Part shown: piece by piece, positions 1 to 9,158 of the stretch | Position numbering within the stretch: the first letter of the stretch is position 1 | Layout of the letters: every line of letters starts with the position of its first letter | DNA from: Candidatus Fraserbacteria bacterium | GTDB taxonomy: Bacteria; Bipolaricaulota; Bipolaricaulia; RBG-16-55-9; DRXL01 | Length of the DNA: 64,000 nt | Assembly (NCBI GenBank): GCA_037440025.1 | Contig: JBBIUX010000001.1 | Coordinates: forward strand, 1 to 64,000 | Direction: 5' to 3' | Notes under the pieces: model-generated | The model's database searches: none | What the model saw: the letters and a program-made list of their open reading frames with translations, nothing else | What the model was told of the DNA's origin: nothing | Made by a program: the position numbers and the translations under genes

Positions 1-225
1 CAGTGACACGGAGTATGCGCAGCTGCTGCAGCGACGCAAGGCGGAGCTCTTTCGCTCCTTTAGCAGACCGTGTATACTTGGGTAACGACTCACGCCTTCA
101 GGCTCATTCTTCAATTGGAAAAGACTGAGCTTGGCGAATACGCTCTTACATTCCATCAATCTAAGTAGGCATCCAGAAGTTTTTAGAAAGGACCCCGCAC
201 GTCCGCAGCACCTCCTGGGGAGCTA

Positions 226-1182
226 ACTGCTCGATCCAGTCACAGGCTCGCTGCACCAGCTCTGCCATAGTTCCATAGCTGCGATTGGCGGCCACCTGTG
301 AGTACCCGCCACAACCCCTCCAACGGGTTGTCCTCCGGACAGGCCACCGGCAACCAGATCGGCCAGATCCGCAACTGGCTCGCCAGCTCCAGGGACCCCC
401 TGGCCCGGTGGGCGGAGTGGCGATCCAAGATCAGCCAGATGCACCAGCGACGGTAACGTGCCCGCAGCGCACGCAAAAAGGCCTGAAAGGAGCTGGCTTT
501 CTGGTTGGGCAAGGCTCGCTGGAAAACCTGCCCCATCTTGGGATTGAGCGTAGCAAACAAGGACCGTCGCGCATTGCTCCCGGAAATGGGCACCGCCACG
601 GCCCATCCCGCTCGCAGCGGGGGGAACTCCCGCAGGATCGTCTCATCCTCAAAGAGCACTACCGTCCCTGCGGGAGCGTGGCGTACCAACCCGCAGATCG
701 CCCCTTTTTCTGCGGGCGCAGCGGATCGCGCTGAGCTAAGACATACCTTGGCCTCTTCCAGCGGTAGCCCCAGGCAGTGCGCCGCAGCGTCGCGGCGCTG
801 ACGATCAGCCACTGCTGCTTCCAGCAGTGCTGCTGCAACAGGGGCACAGTCCAGCTGGCCTGGCGGTAACCTAAGGCCTGAGGGTCCTGGTGCAGCAAGT
901 GCTCCAACCAGGCGCAGTGCGGCTGTAGGCGACGAGGCCTCCCACAGCGAGGTCGGTCGGCCAAGTCGCAGTCCCCTTGCTGGAAGCGGGTAATCCAATT
1001 GTAGACGGTTTGGACGGTGACGCCGGAGAGCTGAGCGATCTGCGCCACTGAGTGTCCTTCCAGAGGAGGGTCTGAGCGCGACGCGGGCATCGCGCGCTGA
1101 GTGCCGGAGAACTTCCAAGTGGGAGCGCTGCCGTGGGGTGAGGTGAAGCGGTTTCATAGGTGCATTCCTCCGGACCACAGCT
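226..1182 (-). mobile_element. IS630-family insertion sequence (decayed)
   Basis: TA dinucleotides at 224-225 and 1183-1184; imperfect inverted ends (actgctcgatccag / agctgtggtccgg); encodes IS630-type HTH and DDE segments. Confidence 0.8.
240..1157 (-). pseudogene. IS630 transposase, frameshifted
   Basis: HTH part (GHSVAQIAQLSGVTVQTVYNWITRF, DRPRCGRP, WTVPLL) is in frame 659..1090; DDE part (LFEDET, LILDRHSAH, CPEDNPLEGLW) is in frame 240..1178; slippery GAAAAAGGGG near 701-710; additional frameshift near 1070 and aberrant C-terminus. Confidence 0.85.
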
Positions 1183-1226
1183 TAACACTGCAGCCTCCTT
1201 CCTTCAAAAAACATTCGACGACCTAC

Positions 1227-1514
1227 TTAGGCATATCTGGCCCACCCGTACTGCGAGCGAGCCTGATACTGTGAGTGCTCCTGATATTGGGCCTTCCTCC
1301 TCTCCTCAAGTATCAGATCAGCCACAATGGAAGCTAAGGACTCAAGGCCATTATTGATCTGCTCCCAGTCATCTTCCGTGGGCTGGCGGTACTTGAATAT
1401 AACCGTGTGCGGAAAACCTGGTTTGGTTTTGCTTCTCTTCATGCTCGGCAAGATAGCACAGGAGTGCCGAATGCAGAAATTCGCCTTGAGAAATGGTTTT
1501 GCTGGATGGCTCAC
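1227..1514 (-). CDS. hypothetical protein (start possibly ATG at 1442)
   Basis: ORF in a co-oriented, tightly packed minus-strand run. Confidence 0.45.
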   Translation of the reverse strand: MSHPAKPFLKANFCIRHSCAILPSMKRSKTKPGFPHTVIFKYRQPTEDDWEQINNGLESLASIVADLILEERRKAQYQEHSQYQARSQYGWARYA

Positions 1515-1517
1515 ATC

Positions 1518-1811
1518 TTAGAAGCAGTAAGTAGCAGCTCTCACAGGCCTTAATTCAGCGTTGTCATAGTATCTATTCCCGTACACCACTTCCCCGGCGT
1601 TCTCCATTGCTATTCCTACCCGTGAGGTGTACAGAGAAAGCTCTCTTACCGTGCGGATGTAATTGTTGATGGCCTCTCTGTATTTGGGTGAGGCTATGCC
1701 CTCTTCTTCAAGCACTTCGATCACTTTTCGCCAGGCCCAGTTGATGAGTGAGGCTGCTCCATCCACGATCTCGTCTATGCGGTTGTATTCCATGCGGCTG
1801 CGCAATGCCAT
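1518..1811 (-). CDS. hypothetical protein
   Basis: 97-aa ORF with helical protein-like composition, in the operon-like run. Confidence 0.55.
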   Translation of the reverse strand: MALRSRMEYNRIDEIVDGAASLINWAWRKVIEVLEEEGIASPKYREAINNYIRTVRELSLYTSRVGIAMENAGEVVYGNRYYDNAELRPVRAATYCF

Positions 1812-1911
1812 TTTTCATCACTGCCCTTTTATAGTTACTAAAGCATATAAACCTTGCCTTGTTGGTTCGTTATTTCAAGGATCATTGTCTTTGAGTAACC
1901 CGCACAGACGG

Positions 1912-2142
1912 TTAGCGAAGTCTCACATGAAGTTCTTCAGCCACCATGGAGAACCACAGGCCGGTTTGCGGGTCTATTGCAATAATATCCTTTATGATGT
2001 GTCCTAGAGAATCGCCCCGCACGTACAGGGCGTCGAAGAGCACCCCGCGGTAGATAAACTGTGCTTTCCTCATCGTTCCGCTGTTGAGAATGAGGAAATG
2101 TTCAGTGCTTATGAGTGGTGCCTTAGTTGCCAATAATATCAC
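1912..2142 (-). CDS. hypothetical protein
   Basis: 76-aa ORF overlapping the upstream gene; start uncertain. Confidence 0.4.
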   Translation of the reverse strand: MILLATKAPLISTEHFLILNSGTMRKAQFIYRGVLFDALYVRGDSLGHIIKDIIAIDPQTGLWFSMVAEELHVRLR

Positions 2143-2416
2143 CCCCGTTTGGGTTTGAGTGTGTAAGGGGGGTTGTCCCCCTTTTTGTGCAGACTGCTTT
2201 GGCCAATCGCTCCCAGTTCTGCCAGTATTCCTCTTCCCACCGGCTGGTGTTGTGGATGGTCAGCCTGAGGCCGGGATGCCTTTGCACCAGCTGTGCGATG
2301 TGGAAGATGATTGTGTTTAAGTCACGCTCTTCGTGACTGTGCACGGCCAGTAGGGCCCAGTGCTCTTTGCTGGCGCTCTCGCTGCGCCCAAATGTATTGT
2401 TCATGGCTTCGCACAT
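2123..2416 (-). CDS. hypothetical protein
   Basis: 97-aa ORF with GAGGTG Shine-Dalgarno (SD) upstream. Confidence 0.5.
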   Translation of the reverse strand: MCEAMNNTFGRSESASKEHWALLAVHSHEERDLNTIIFHIAQLVQRHPGLRLTIHNTSRWEEEYWQNWERLAKAVCTKRGTTPLTHSNPNGGDIIGN

Positions 2417-2652
2417 GGATGAATCACCTCGGACTGCGCCGGGCGCAGACCGCCGATAATGGTTTCGCGTTGAGTCGGGCAGATTGGACTGTCCGAGACC
2501 GAAAGCTTTACGTGCGGGCTGCGCTATTTATCGAGGTGATTCCGTTGCATGAGTGCGAACGAATGGATGAATGGATGGTTGGGCGCCCGCGGTGGCCAGC
2601 TTCTGGTCTGGTTGTTGGTTTGGTTGCTGGCTTGCTGCTGGCTAGCTGGTGG

Positions 2653-3918
2653 TCAGCTGTCGGCCAGCGGGATTTTTATTTTGAATGGCGGCCTGCCTGA
2701 GATTTTGATGATGGCCTCTCCCAAACCTATTCTATAACTTTGCTTGCTCTGCCTTTCTGTTAAGCCCATGGCCCTGTTCATCTGATGGATTTCTCGGCCA
2801 GAGCCCAGTTGCATCTCTATCTTGATGTGGCTGTTCGCTTCCACTGAAGGCGTTAATTCTGAAGGCTGCTGATCAGCCAGAATGATGCCGATGCCAAAGG
2901 CTCTGGTTTCCGCGAGAATCTCATCTATATAGGGCCTCTCGTCCTTTAAGCGGTATTGTTTTCGGATGTCGAAAATGTGCTTGGCCTCGTCTGAAATAAG
3001 GATGTTGTTCAGCTTTTTTTGAGGGCCTCGGGCCACCCAGTATTCGTAGAGGGCGGCCATGAGGCATTCCGTGAGAAATGCGGTGGTCTGCGGCTTCATG
3101 CCCCGCATCTCGAATATGATGTTGCTGTTAATTAAATCCTCAATGGGGAAGCCCTGTTCACAGTCAAATACTTGGCCTTCCCACCGCAGGATGTCTATCA
3201 GCCTGTTTAATATCCTTTGTTTGTAGTCAGCCTCCGGGCTGAAGCGCGGTATTTTCGTGTTGTGTATCTGCTCGGCGAGCTTGAAGAGCGACGGGAATTT
3301 CTCGTTGTGAAATGAGCCGGAGATCGTGTAAATCGCGTGCAGATGCGCGCCCAAGAAGGCCTGTGAGGCCAGCCATAGCCCTTGGGAATGGCCGAATATT
3401 CTCTGGAATATCTTGGCGTTCTTGGTCACATCTGTTGGGTCTAGCATGTTGAGCGGATTGAACTTGAGTTCAGTCCACGGGATCACCATGTAGCCCTTCT
3501 TTTCTAAGTCTCTGTATTCGTTCTTGAAATCGAAGACCCAGACCTTGACCCCTTGATGGGGCAGCTGCTGGGCGAGATATTTCAAGGTGTTCGTCTTTCC
3601 TGAGCCTGTTTCTCCTGACACTGAAGCGTTGCGGGCCAGCAGCATGGGTGGCAGGAACACAGGTTTTTTGTCAATCGTTTTCCCGATGGGGAGGCCTGTC
3701 GGAAACTGCAGGTCTTCTCCCAAAGCCCCCATGAGTGGGTGGATCATGGCTTCGTGCAATTCTGCAAGTATGGTCTGCTCGAAGATCTTGTAGAGCTTTT
3801 CGTCTGACACCACTCTGAAGAACATAACCCAGTTCTGAAAGTCCTGATCTTCCAGTAGCTGGGGTTTGTACTCTTCTACCATTTTGAGAAGTCTTTCCAG
3901 TCTCTCCAAAATGCTCAT
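2653..3918 (-). CDS. HerA/FtsK/VirB4-superfamily ATPase (DUF87-like)
   Basis: Walker A SGETGSGKT, VWVFDFKNEY, Walker B ILISDEAKH, R-x-FGIGIILADQQPS; AGGAGG SD. Confidence 0.85.
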   Translation of the reverse strand: MSILERLERLLKMVEEYKPQLLEDQDFQNWVMFFRVVSDEKLYKIFEQTILAELHEAMIHPLMGALGEDLQFPTGLPIGKTIDKKPVFLPPMLLARNASVSGETGSGKTNTLKYLAQQLPHQGVKVWVFDFKNEYRDLEKKGYMVIPWTELKFNPLNMLDPTDVTKNAKIFQRIFGHSQGLWLASQAFLGAHLHAIYTISGSFHNEKFPSLFKLAEQIHNTKIPRFSPEADYKQRILNRLIDILRWEGQVFDCEQGFPIEDLINSNIIFEMRGMKPQTTAFLTECLMAALYEYWVARGPQKKLNNILISDEAKHIFDIRKQYRLKDERPYIDEILAETRAFGIGIILADQQPSELTPSVEANSHIKIEMQLGSGREIHQMNRAMGLTERQSKQSYRIGLGEAIIKISGRPPFKIKIPLADS

Positions 3919-3938
3919 ATCTCTCCTCCTGTGCAGCG

Positions 3939-4286
3939 TCAGCTGCTTCTCTTTTCGTTCCTTTTAGTTAGAGGATGAAGGAAGAAGAAGGGATGGATAA
4001 TCCCTCCCATTTGTCTTTTCTCATCCCTCTTCTCTTTCTCCTCTGGTCTCCTTTTAAGACCGGACGGAGGTCTCTGCTGTAATGACGGTGTCGTCTCCGT
4101 GGCAGTTGCAGATGTTAACCTTGTAAGTCTTGTTTCTGCTGATGCAGGAGTGGACGCCGGAGTCGAAGTTGGAACCGTCGTCGGGTCAGTTTTTGTTTTC
4201 TTGGATACTTTCTCTATACCTACTGCGATCCAAGGAAACCCCGAAAAACGTGGGAAAAGGCCCTTCAGATCGGAAGTGAAAACCAT
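3939..4286 (-). CDS. hypothetical Thr/Pro-rich low-complexity protein
   Basis: Fills the gap in the operon; low complexity, so may be spurious. Confidence 0.3.
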   Translation of the reverse strand: MVFTSDLKGLFPRFSGFPWIAVGIEKVSKKTKTDPTTVPTSTPASTPASAETRLTRLTSATATETTPSLQQRPPSGLKRRPEEKEKRDEKRQMGGIIHPFFFLHPLTKRNEKRSS

Positions 4287-4295
4287 AGAGCCCAG

Positions 4296-4976
4296 TTAAC
4301 TCAACAAGGAAAAGCTGAGCTTGCTGAACACCCCCTTGGGCAATTCCTTCTCGAACTGATAGCGGTAGTGGTTCAGGGTGTTCTGGTTTTCGAAATAGAA
4401 GTGCATCCAATCCACCAGTTGGCTGAGTCTTCCGGTCTTGAGCAAATCCTCGCTCACGTGGGCCGTGCAGATCACTTCCACGATGCCTTTGTCCTTGCCC
4501 TCGCACCATAAATCAGGCCAGAATTCGTCCACTTTCTTATCCACGGCCACGTCGTACTCGGCCTCGTACCGTCCTTTAAGTTTTAATATAAAGCAGTGGT
4601 GTGGTAACCCTCCGTGAAGTGGCTGCGGTTTTTCTCCCATCCAGCTGCCGATGTACTCATATCCTGCATCGGTGAGGATGAGGTGTTTGGACGGTCGGCC
4701 CTCTCCCTCGCTTAGGGTCACTTCCTCTATGAGCTTCATGGTCAGCAGAGTCTTCTTGACCCTCTGCATTCTGTCAGAGTACCAGCCCAAGAGCTTCTCT
4801 CTCTGACTGAGATTGAGGCAGGGGGTCTCATTGATCGAATCCAACAGCTTCTCGAAGCGGTAAGCCAAACGCTCGGAGTCCTTGCCCTTTGGAGTAAGGC
4901 TTGTCGCGGTCAAGAATTCCGGGATAGGGCCTTCGTCCCGCGAGATGACTTTTTTCTTGAGCTCTTCCAGCATCAT
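4296..4976 (-). CDS. wHTH plus PD-(D/E)xK-like protein (replication-relaxation-like)
   Basis: wHTH-like segment ending HLILTDAGYEY, then LPHH, WPDL and IVEV motifs; GGAGG SD. Confidence 0.5.
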   Translation of the reverse strand: MMLEELKKKVISRDEGPIPEFLTATSLTPKGKDSERLAYRFEKLLDSINETPCLNLSQREKLLGWYSDRMQRVKKTLLTMKLIEEVTLSEGEGRPSKHLILTDAGYEYIGSWMGEKPQPLHGGLPHHCFILKLKGRYEAEYDVAVDKKVDEFWPDLWCEGKDKGIVEVICTAHVSEDLLKTGRLSQLVDWMHFYFENQNTLNHYRYQFEKELPKGVFSKLSFSLLS

Positions 4977-4991
4977 GGTCTTCCCCTCCAG

Positions 4992-5543
4992 TCATGGGCT
5001 TATGTCTCTTTCGGTCGCCGTGCCGGTATTGCCGGTAAGCTCACTCTGCATGAACTCAATAATTCGGGCGAGTTTCTCCCGGTCTGGAGTAGCCACACTA
5101 TTGGTTTGGATCACGGTCGTGATGTTGGCGATGATCTGGTCTATGAGTTGTGTTCTGCGCTCATTTGCCTGCGGGTCCGTGCCTGCCAGATGGTAATAGA
5201 CCCTCATGAGCTTGGCGGTATCGTCCATGGCCAGCAATCTGGGATCAGGTTCTTCTTCAGGGAAGAGCAGGGTGAGAATGCTCTGCGGTTGCGGCGGGAT
5301 AGCATGGAGATACAGCATGATCTGGTTCCGGTAGAACTCCTGAAAGGAGCGGATGACTGCCTCTGATGGTGGTGCCGGTCTGGAGAGCGCCTGAAGCTCT
5401 AGGACAAGTTTGAGTGTCTCGTTGAGCTGGCGGTTGTGGGCCTGCCCGGAGAGCACATCAACAAAGGTCTTGAGGATTTCCGTCCAGTTGGCCTCAGAGT
5501 GGTGGACCCGGAGGCTGTTGAGGTCCATGGCCGTCTCCTTCAT
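4992..5543 (-). CDS. hypothetical protein
   Basis: 183-aa ORF; true start probably ATG at 5528 after AAGGAG. Confidence 0.65.
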   Translation of the reverse strand: MKETAMDLNSLRVHHSEANWTEILKTFVDVLSGQAHNRQLNETLKLVLELQALSRPAPPSEAVIRSFQEFYRNQIMLYLHAIPPQPQSILTLLFPEEEPDPRLLAMDDTAKLMRVYYHLAGTDPQANERRTQLIDQIIANITTVIQTNSVATPDREKLARIIEFMQSELTGNTGTATERDISP

Positions 5544-6030
5544 TGGGAGGCGGCTGCTGCGGTCTGATTCCCCTTGCTAGATATCTTACCACAATCTGGA
5601 GTATGAGTGCAATGATGAGGGAGAGAAAAACCCACGTAATGACGTTCTGTTCGACGTAATATGCGTCTACGTGGGATAAGCCCAAGATGGCCAAGACCCC
5701 GGCCAGAAAGACCCACGCGCCGATCAAGAGCATGGCCAAGAGTCTCATGATGTTCTGAGGCTGGAATACTGAGGCCATGATGATCAGCACCACTAAGCCG
5801 AGAATGCCCAGAAAGGTCGGAGAGATGGTGAAGAGGCTGTAGCCCTGAAAGAGCATCTGTAATCCATCCCAGGCCAGCCAGCCGATGGTGGTGAGCATAA
5901 CCCCCATCACGATAGTAACGAAGGGATTCCTAGCTGCTCTGATGATGAGATCAGACGTGATAATTCTCAGGATGACGAAGAGCGCCGTGCATACCACGAG
6001 CACATCAAACAACTGGCGTACGGTGTCCAA
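5494..6030 (-). CDS. multi-pass membrane protein
   Basis: About five hydrophobic helices; TTG start after GAGGG. Confidence 0.65.
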   Translation of the reverse strand: MDTVRQLFDVLVVCTALFVILRIITSDLIIRAARNPFVTIVMGVMLTTIGWLAWDGLQMLFQGYSLFTISPTFLGILGLVVLIIMASVFQPQNIMRLLAMLLIGAWVFLAGVLAILGLSHVDAYYVEQNVITWVFLSLIIALILQIVVRYLARGIRPQQPPPNEGDGHGPQQPPGPPL

Positions 6031-6200
6031 GTATTATCCCCTCACTCTCTAATCTACTTGGATAAGGGGGCCGGAGGCAACTTGAAAGCTCACCCTGTTA
6101 CGTGGCAGGCTTGTGCTGTATAGGTTTGAGTGCGTCGTCCAGAGGATGGAGTAGTTCGTCACACGTTATAAAATCTAGAAGCTGGGGACGATTCTCCCTA

Positions 6201-6229
6201 TTGACGCCCCCCCTCGGAGTCGTTACAAT
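6201..6229 (+). promoter_or_regulatory. sigma70 promoter of the tRNA operon
   Basis: TTGACG-17-TACAAT, 12 nt before tRNA-Gly. Confidence 0.8.
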
Positions 6230-6241
6230 TAATGAGCGAAT

Positions 6242-6315
6242 GCGGAAGTAGCTCAATGGTAGAGCACTGGCCTTCCAAGCCAGAGACGCGGGTTCGATCC
6301 CCGTCTTCCGCTCCA
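6242..6315 (+). tRNA. tRNA-Gly(TCC)
   Basis: Cloverleaf; anticodon arm CTGGC-CT-TCC-AA-GCCAG; GGTTCGA T-loop; CCA. Confidence 0.97.
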
Positions 6316-6316
6316 T

Positions 6317-6380
6317 CAGGCTTCGCCAGACTTCGTCTGGACTATTCGCCTTCGCCGGCCTGTGGCCGGCGAAGGCGAAG
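6317..6380. repeat. multi-hairpin spacer element between tRNAs
   Basis: ccagac-ttc-gtctgg and ttcgccttcgccggcc-tgt-ggccggcgaaggcgaa hairpins; related copy at 31084-31152. Confidence 0.7.
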
Positions 6381-6394
6381 CCCACGCGCAGCGT

Positions 6395-6470
6395 GCGCCC
6401 GTAGCTCAATGGGAAGAGCAGGGCCCTTCTAAGGCTCAGGTTGGAGGTTCGAGCCCTCCCGGGCGCGCCA
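6395..6470 (+). tRNA. tRNA-Arg(TCT)
   Basis: Anticodon arm GGGCC-CT-TCT-AA-GGCTC; CCA. Confidence 0.96.
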
Positions 6471-6483
6471 GCTAGACATTGAT

Positions 6484-6558
6484 GAGGGACGTAGCTCAGC
6501 CTGGCAGAGCACCAGCCTGTGGAGCTGGCCGTCGCGGGTTCAAATCCCGTCGTCCCTC
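6484..6558 (+). tRNA. tRNA-His(GTG)
   Basis: Anticodon arm CCAGC-CT-GTG-GA-GCTGG; G-1:C73 8-bp acceptor stem; no encoded CCA. Confidence 0.95.
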
Positions 6559-6662
6559 CTTGCTCTTTTGCAGCCACTGCAATAATGGAGTTTATGAATC
6601 CTCATTCAGTGACCACGCATCACAAAGCTGGCTTCTACTTATAACTTTCACCCGGTAAGACT

Positions 6663-8054
6663 ATGGTCTCTCTAACCTTCTTCGGCGGAGTCAACGAGAT
6701 AGGGGGGAACAAGGTCCTTCTGCAAGACGGAGCTACAACAATCTGGCTGGACTTCGGCATGTCTTTCGGCCAGTACGGGAAGTTCTTTGAGGAGTTCATG
6801 AGCCCCCGAACGAAAACAGGGCTCAAAGATTTTCTCGCTCTCAATCTTGTGCCTGATAGGGAGGGTCTGTACGCCCCTGACTTGCTGGCCATGGCCGGGA
6901 AAGAGCCAACGGAACCCCGGTTTGACGCCGTGATCATCTCTCACCCCCACGAGGATCATGTCAAATACGTGTCATTTCTGCATCCACAGATCCCCGTCTT
7001 TATGGGAGAGACCTGTCTGGCTATCTGCGAAAAACTTCAGGGCATAGGCACCAGCACCATAGACAACAGAATATGCTCTTATGAGGAGCGTGACCCTGAG
7101 ACAGGTAGAGCTGAAGGCAGGCTTATAAAGAGACCAATAAGAACCTTCGTCTCCGGCAAGAAGTTTGCCGTAGGGAATGTCGAGATTCTGCCGATGGCCG
7201 TAGATCACTCCATTCCCGGGGCTTTCGGGTTTATTATTTATACCAGCTCAGGCTCGATCGTCTATACTGGAGACTTGCGCCTGCATGGCCGGAACCGGCA
7301 TCTCACAGAAGCATTTGTTCAAGCTGCAGCGCAGGAAAAGCCTGTGGCGCTCATCTCTGAGGGCACAAGGGTTGCCGATGTCAAAAAAGAAACAGAAAGC
7401 GAGCAGCACGTCAGAGCAATGATCTTGAAGGAAACTCTCAAGAGCAAACGCCTTGTGATCGTGGACTATGCCTTCAAGGATGCAGAAAGATTTCGCACTC
7501 TGGTTGAGGTCGCTCAAGAGACAGGGAGGAAGCTTGTTGTTAGCACGAAAGCAGCGGCCCTGTATGAACTATATTCCCAGATCAGTGAGATCGCCACGCC
7601 TCCCATTGACCATGAAGACATTCTGATCCACGTCAAGCAGAAGACCACGAGCCACGTGTGGGAGAGAAGGCTGATGAAAATGAGCAACGCCGTAGAAGCT
7701 GAGGACATAGGCAGGAATCAGGATCAGTTCATTCTGGGCCTGAACCAGTGGGCGCTGAATGAGCTGATAGACATACAGCCGGAAAATGCGTTGTACGTGA
7801 GGAGCATGTCCGAGCCCTACAATGAAGAAATGGCGCTGGACGAGCAAAGGGTGGACAACTGGATTGATTTTTTCCGCATGGCCAAGATCAGGGCGCACTG
7901 CAGCGGACATGCCCCTGGCACAGATATTCTCGCAATGGCCAGAGCGATCAACGCCGAGACCGCTTTCCCCATTCACACCGAGCACCCGGAGAATTTTCAG
8001 GGATTGCCGGGCAAGATCGTCCTTGTGGAAGCGGAGAAGAAGTATCCGATTTGA
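6663..8054 (+). CDS. MBL-fold beta-CASP nuclease, RNase J-like
   Basis: GGVNEIGGN, LDFG, SHPHEDH, VDHSIPGA, YTGDLR, HCSGHA, PIHTEH motifs. Confidence 0.88.
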   Translation: MVSLTFFGGVNEIGGNKVLLQDGATTIWLDFGMSFGQYGKFFEEFMSPRTKTGLKDFLALNLVPDREGLYAPDLLAMAGKEPTEPRFDAVIISHPHEDHVKYVSFLHPQIPVFMGETCLAICEKLQGIGTSTIDNRICSYEERDPETGRAEGRLIKRPIRTFVSGKKFAVGNVEILPMAVDHSIPGAFGFIIYTSSGSIVYTGDLRLHGRNRHLTEAFVQAAAQEKPVALISEGTRVADVKKETESEQHVRAMILKETLKSKRLVIVDYAFKDAERFRTLVEVAQETGRKLVVSTKAAALYELYSQISEIATPPIDHEDILIHVKQKTTSHVWERRLMKMSNAVEAEDIGRNQDQFILGLNQWALNELIDIQPENALYVRSMSEPYNEEMALDEQRVDNWIDFFRMAKIRAHCSGHAPGTDILAMARAINAETAFPIHTEHPENFQGLPGKIVLVEAEKKYPI

Positions 8055-8297
8055 TCTCAGAACGAGCTTCTCTGTCCAGTCTTCTTATTGTCTTGTTTTT
8101 CACCCTTAGAACCATCAACAATCTTCAACCCGTTCACCGCCCTAAGCTCTTCCAGCGAGCAGCAGATCTTTCTGCAAATCTCTTTGGCCCGATCTAAAGA
8201 AATGGTCTTATTTCGGCCAGTAGAACGGATGGTTGCAAAAGATGTAACAGGCGAGCGAATATGAGCTATCAGCTCTGATGCCTCTCCACTTTGTGGC

Positions 8298-8411
8298 TCA
8301 TCGCAACCCTCCGAGCTTTGCCGCCAGCCGTAGCGCCCGCTCCAGCTCCGGCGGCTTGGCCTGCTCCCACAGCTGCTTGACGAACCGCACGAACTTGGGG
8401 TAAGGTACCAT
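8298..8411 (-). CDS. 37-aa small protein MVPYPKFVRFVKQLWEQAKPPELERALRLAAKLGGLR
   Basis: AGGAGG SD 10 nt upstream; too short for the ORF track. Confidence 0.4.
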   Translation of the reverse strand: MVPYPKFVRFVKQLWEQAKPPELERALRLAAKLGGLR

Positions 8412-8596
8412 ACGTCAACGACCTCCTGTAGCTGAAAGAGATGCTGAGATTGTGGCTACAGGGGGTCTTCCTTGCAACTCACCCAAAAGTGGAGAGGCGT
8501 CAGCTTCGGACGGTATTGACAACAGAGGACGACCTGTGCTATAGATTATGAATCGTTCATCTAGCAGTTTGGGCTACTAGCCGAAAGGATGGTTCC

Positions 8597-8863
8597 ATGA
8601 GACTTTATGCGGTGATCATTGGGGCATTAGCTATAGTCCTGTCTATAGCTGTATTAACCATCTCTACATCGTACGGTTTTCCTTCGATAATCGCTACAAT
8701 GTGGGCATTACTGGCATTCCTTTACCCTGTACCTGCGATAGTCGCTTTTGCTAGGGAGCATCATAACGCTATTGCCATCGCGTTGCTGAACTTATTGTTG
8801 GGGTGGACATTCCTAGGATGGGTTGCTGCTTTGGTCTGGTCCGTTATGTCCAAACAAAGGTAG
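8597..8863 (+). CDS. superinfection immunity protein (T4 Imm-like)
   Basis: PAIVAFAREHHNAIAIALLNLLLGWTFLGWVAALVWS family signature; upstream TTGACA...TATAGA promoter at 8516-8545. Confidence 0.85.
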   Translation: MRLYAVIIGALAIVLSIAVLTISTSYGFPSIIATMWALLAFLYPVPAIVAFAREHHNAIAIALLNLLLGWTFLGWVAALVWSVMSKQR

Positions 8864-8906
8864 CCTTGGGGTTTTCTACACGTTAGAATAGCAATGGTGA
8901 TCTCTT

Positions 8907-9155
8907 ATGAAGGCATTGCAACGCAAGAGCGAATTGCTAGAGCGCATCACCGTCAACCCGAAGGTGCTTGCGGGTAAGCCGACCATCCGCGGCTTGCGCA
9001 TCAGCGTTGAGCAAATCTTGCGCGCTCTGGCTGCGGGCGTGCCCACAGAAGACCTGCTGGAGGATTACCCAGAGCTGGAACTTGAAGACATCCGTGCTGC
9101 CTTGGCTTATGCCTCTGAACGTGTGGCTGAAGAAAGGTCTTCTCATTTAGGATAA
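8907..9155 (+). CDS. DUF433 antitoxin
   Basis: RITVNPKVLAGKPTIRGLRISV...YPELELEDIRAALAYA. Confidence 0.92.
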   Translation: MKALQRKSELLERITVNPKVLAGKPTIRGLRISVEQILRALAAGVPTEDLLEDYPELELEDIRAALAYASERVAEERSSHLG

Positions 9156-9158
9156 GCG

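Noticed and set aside
1..85. Possible 3' end of a plus-strand CDS (SDTEYAQLLQRRKAELF...)
   Set aside because: Too short to support or identify
6098..6577. 159-aa ORF, and ORF 6232..6432
   Set aside because: Shadow translations of three tRNA genes
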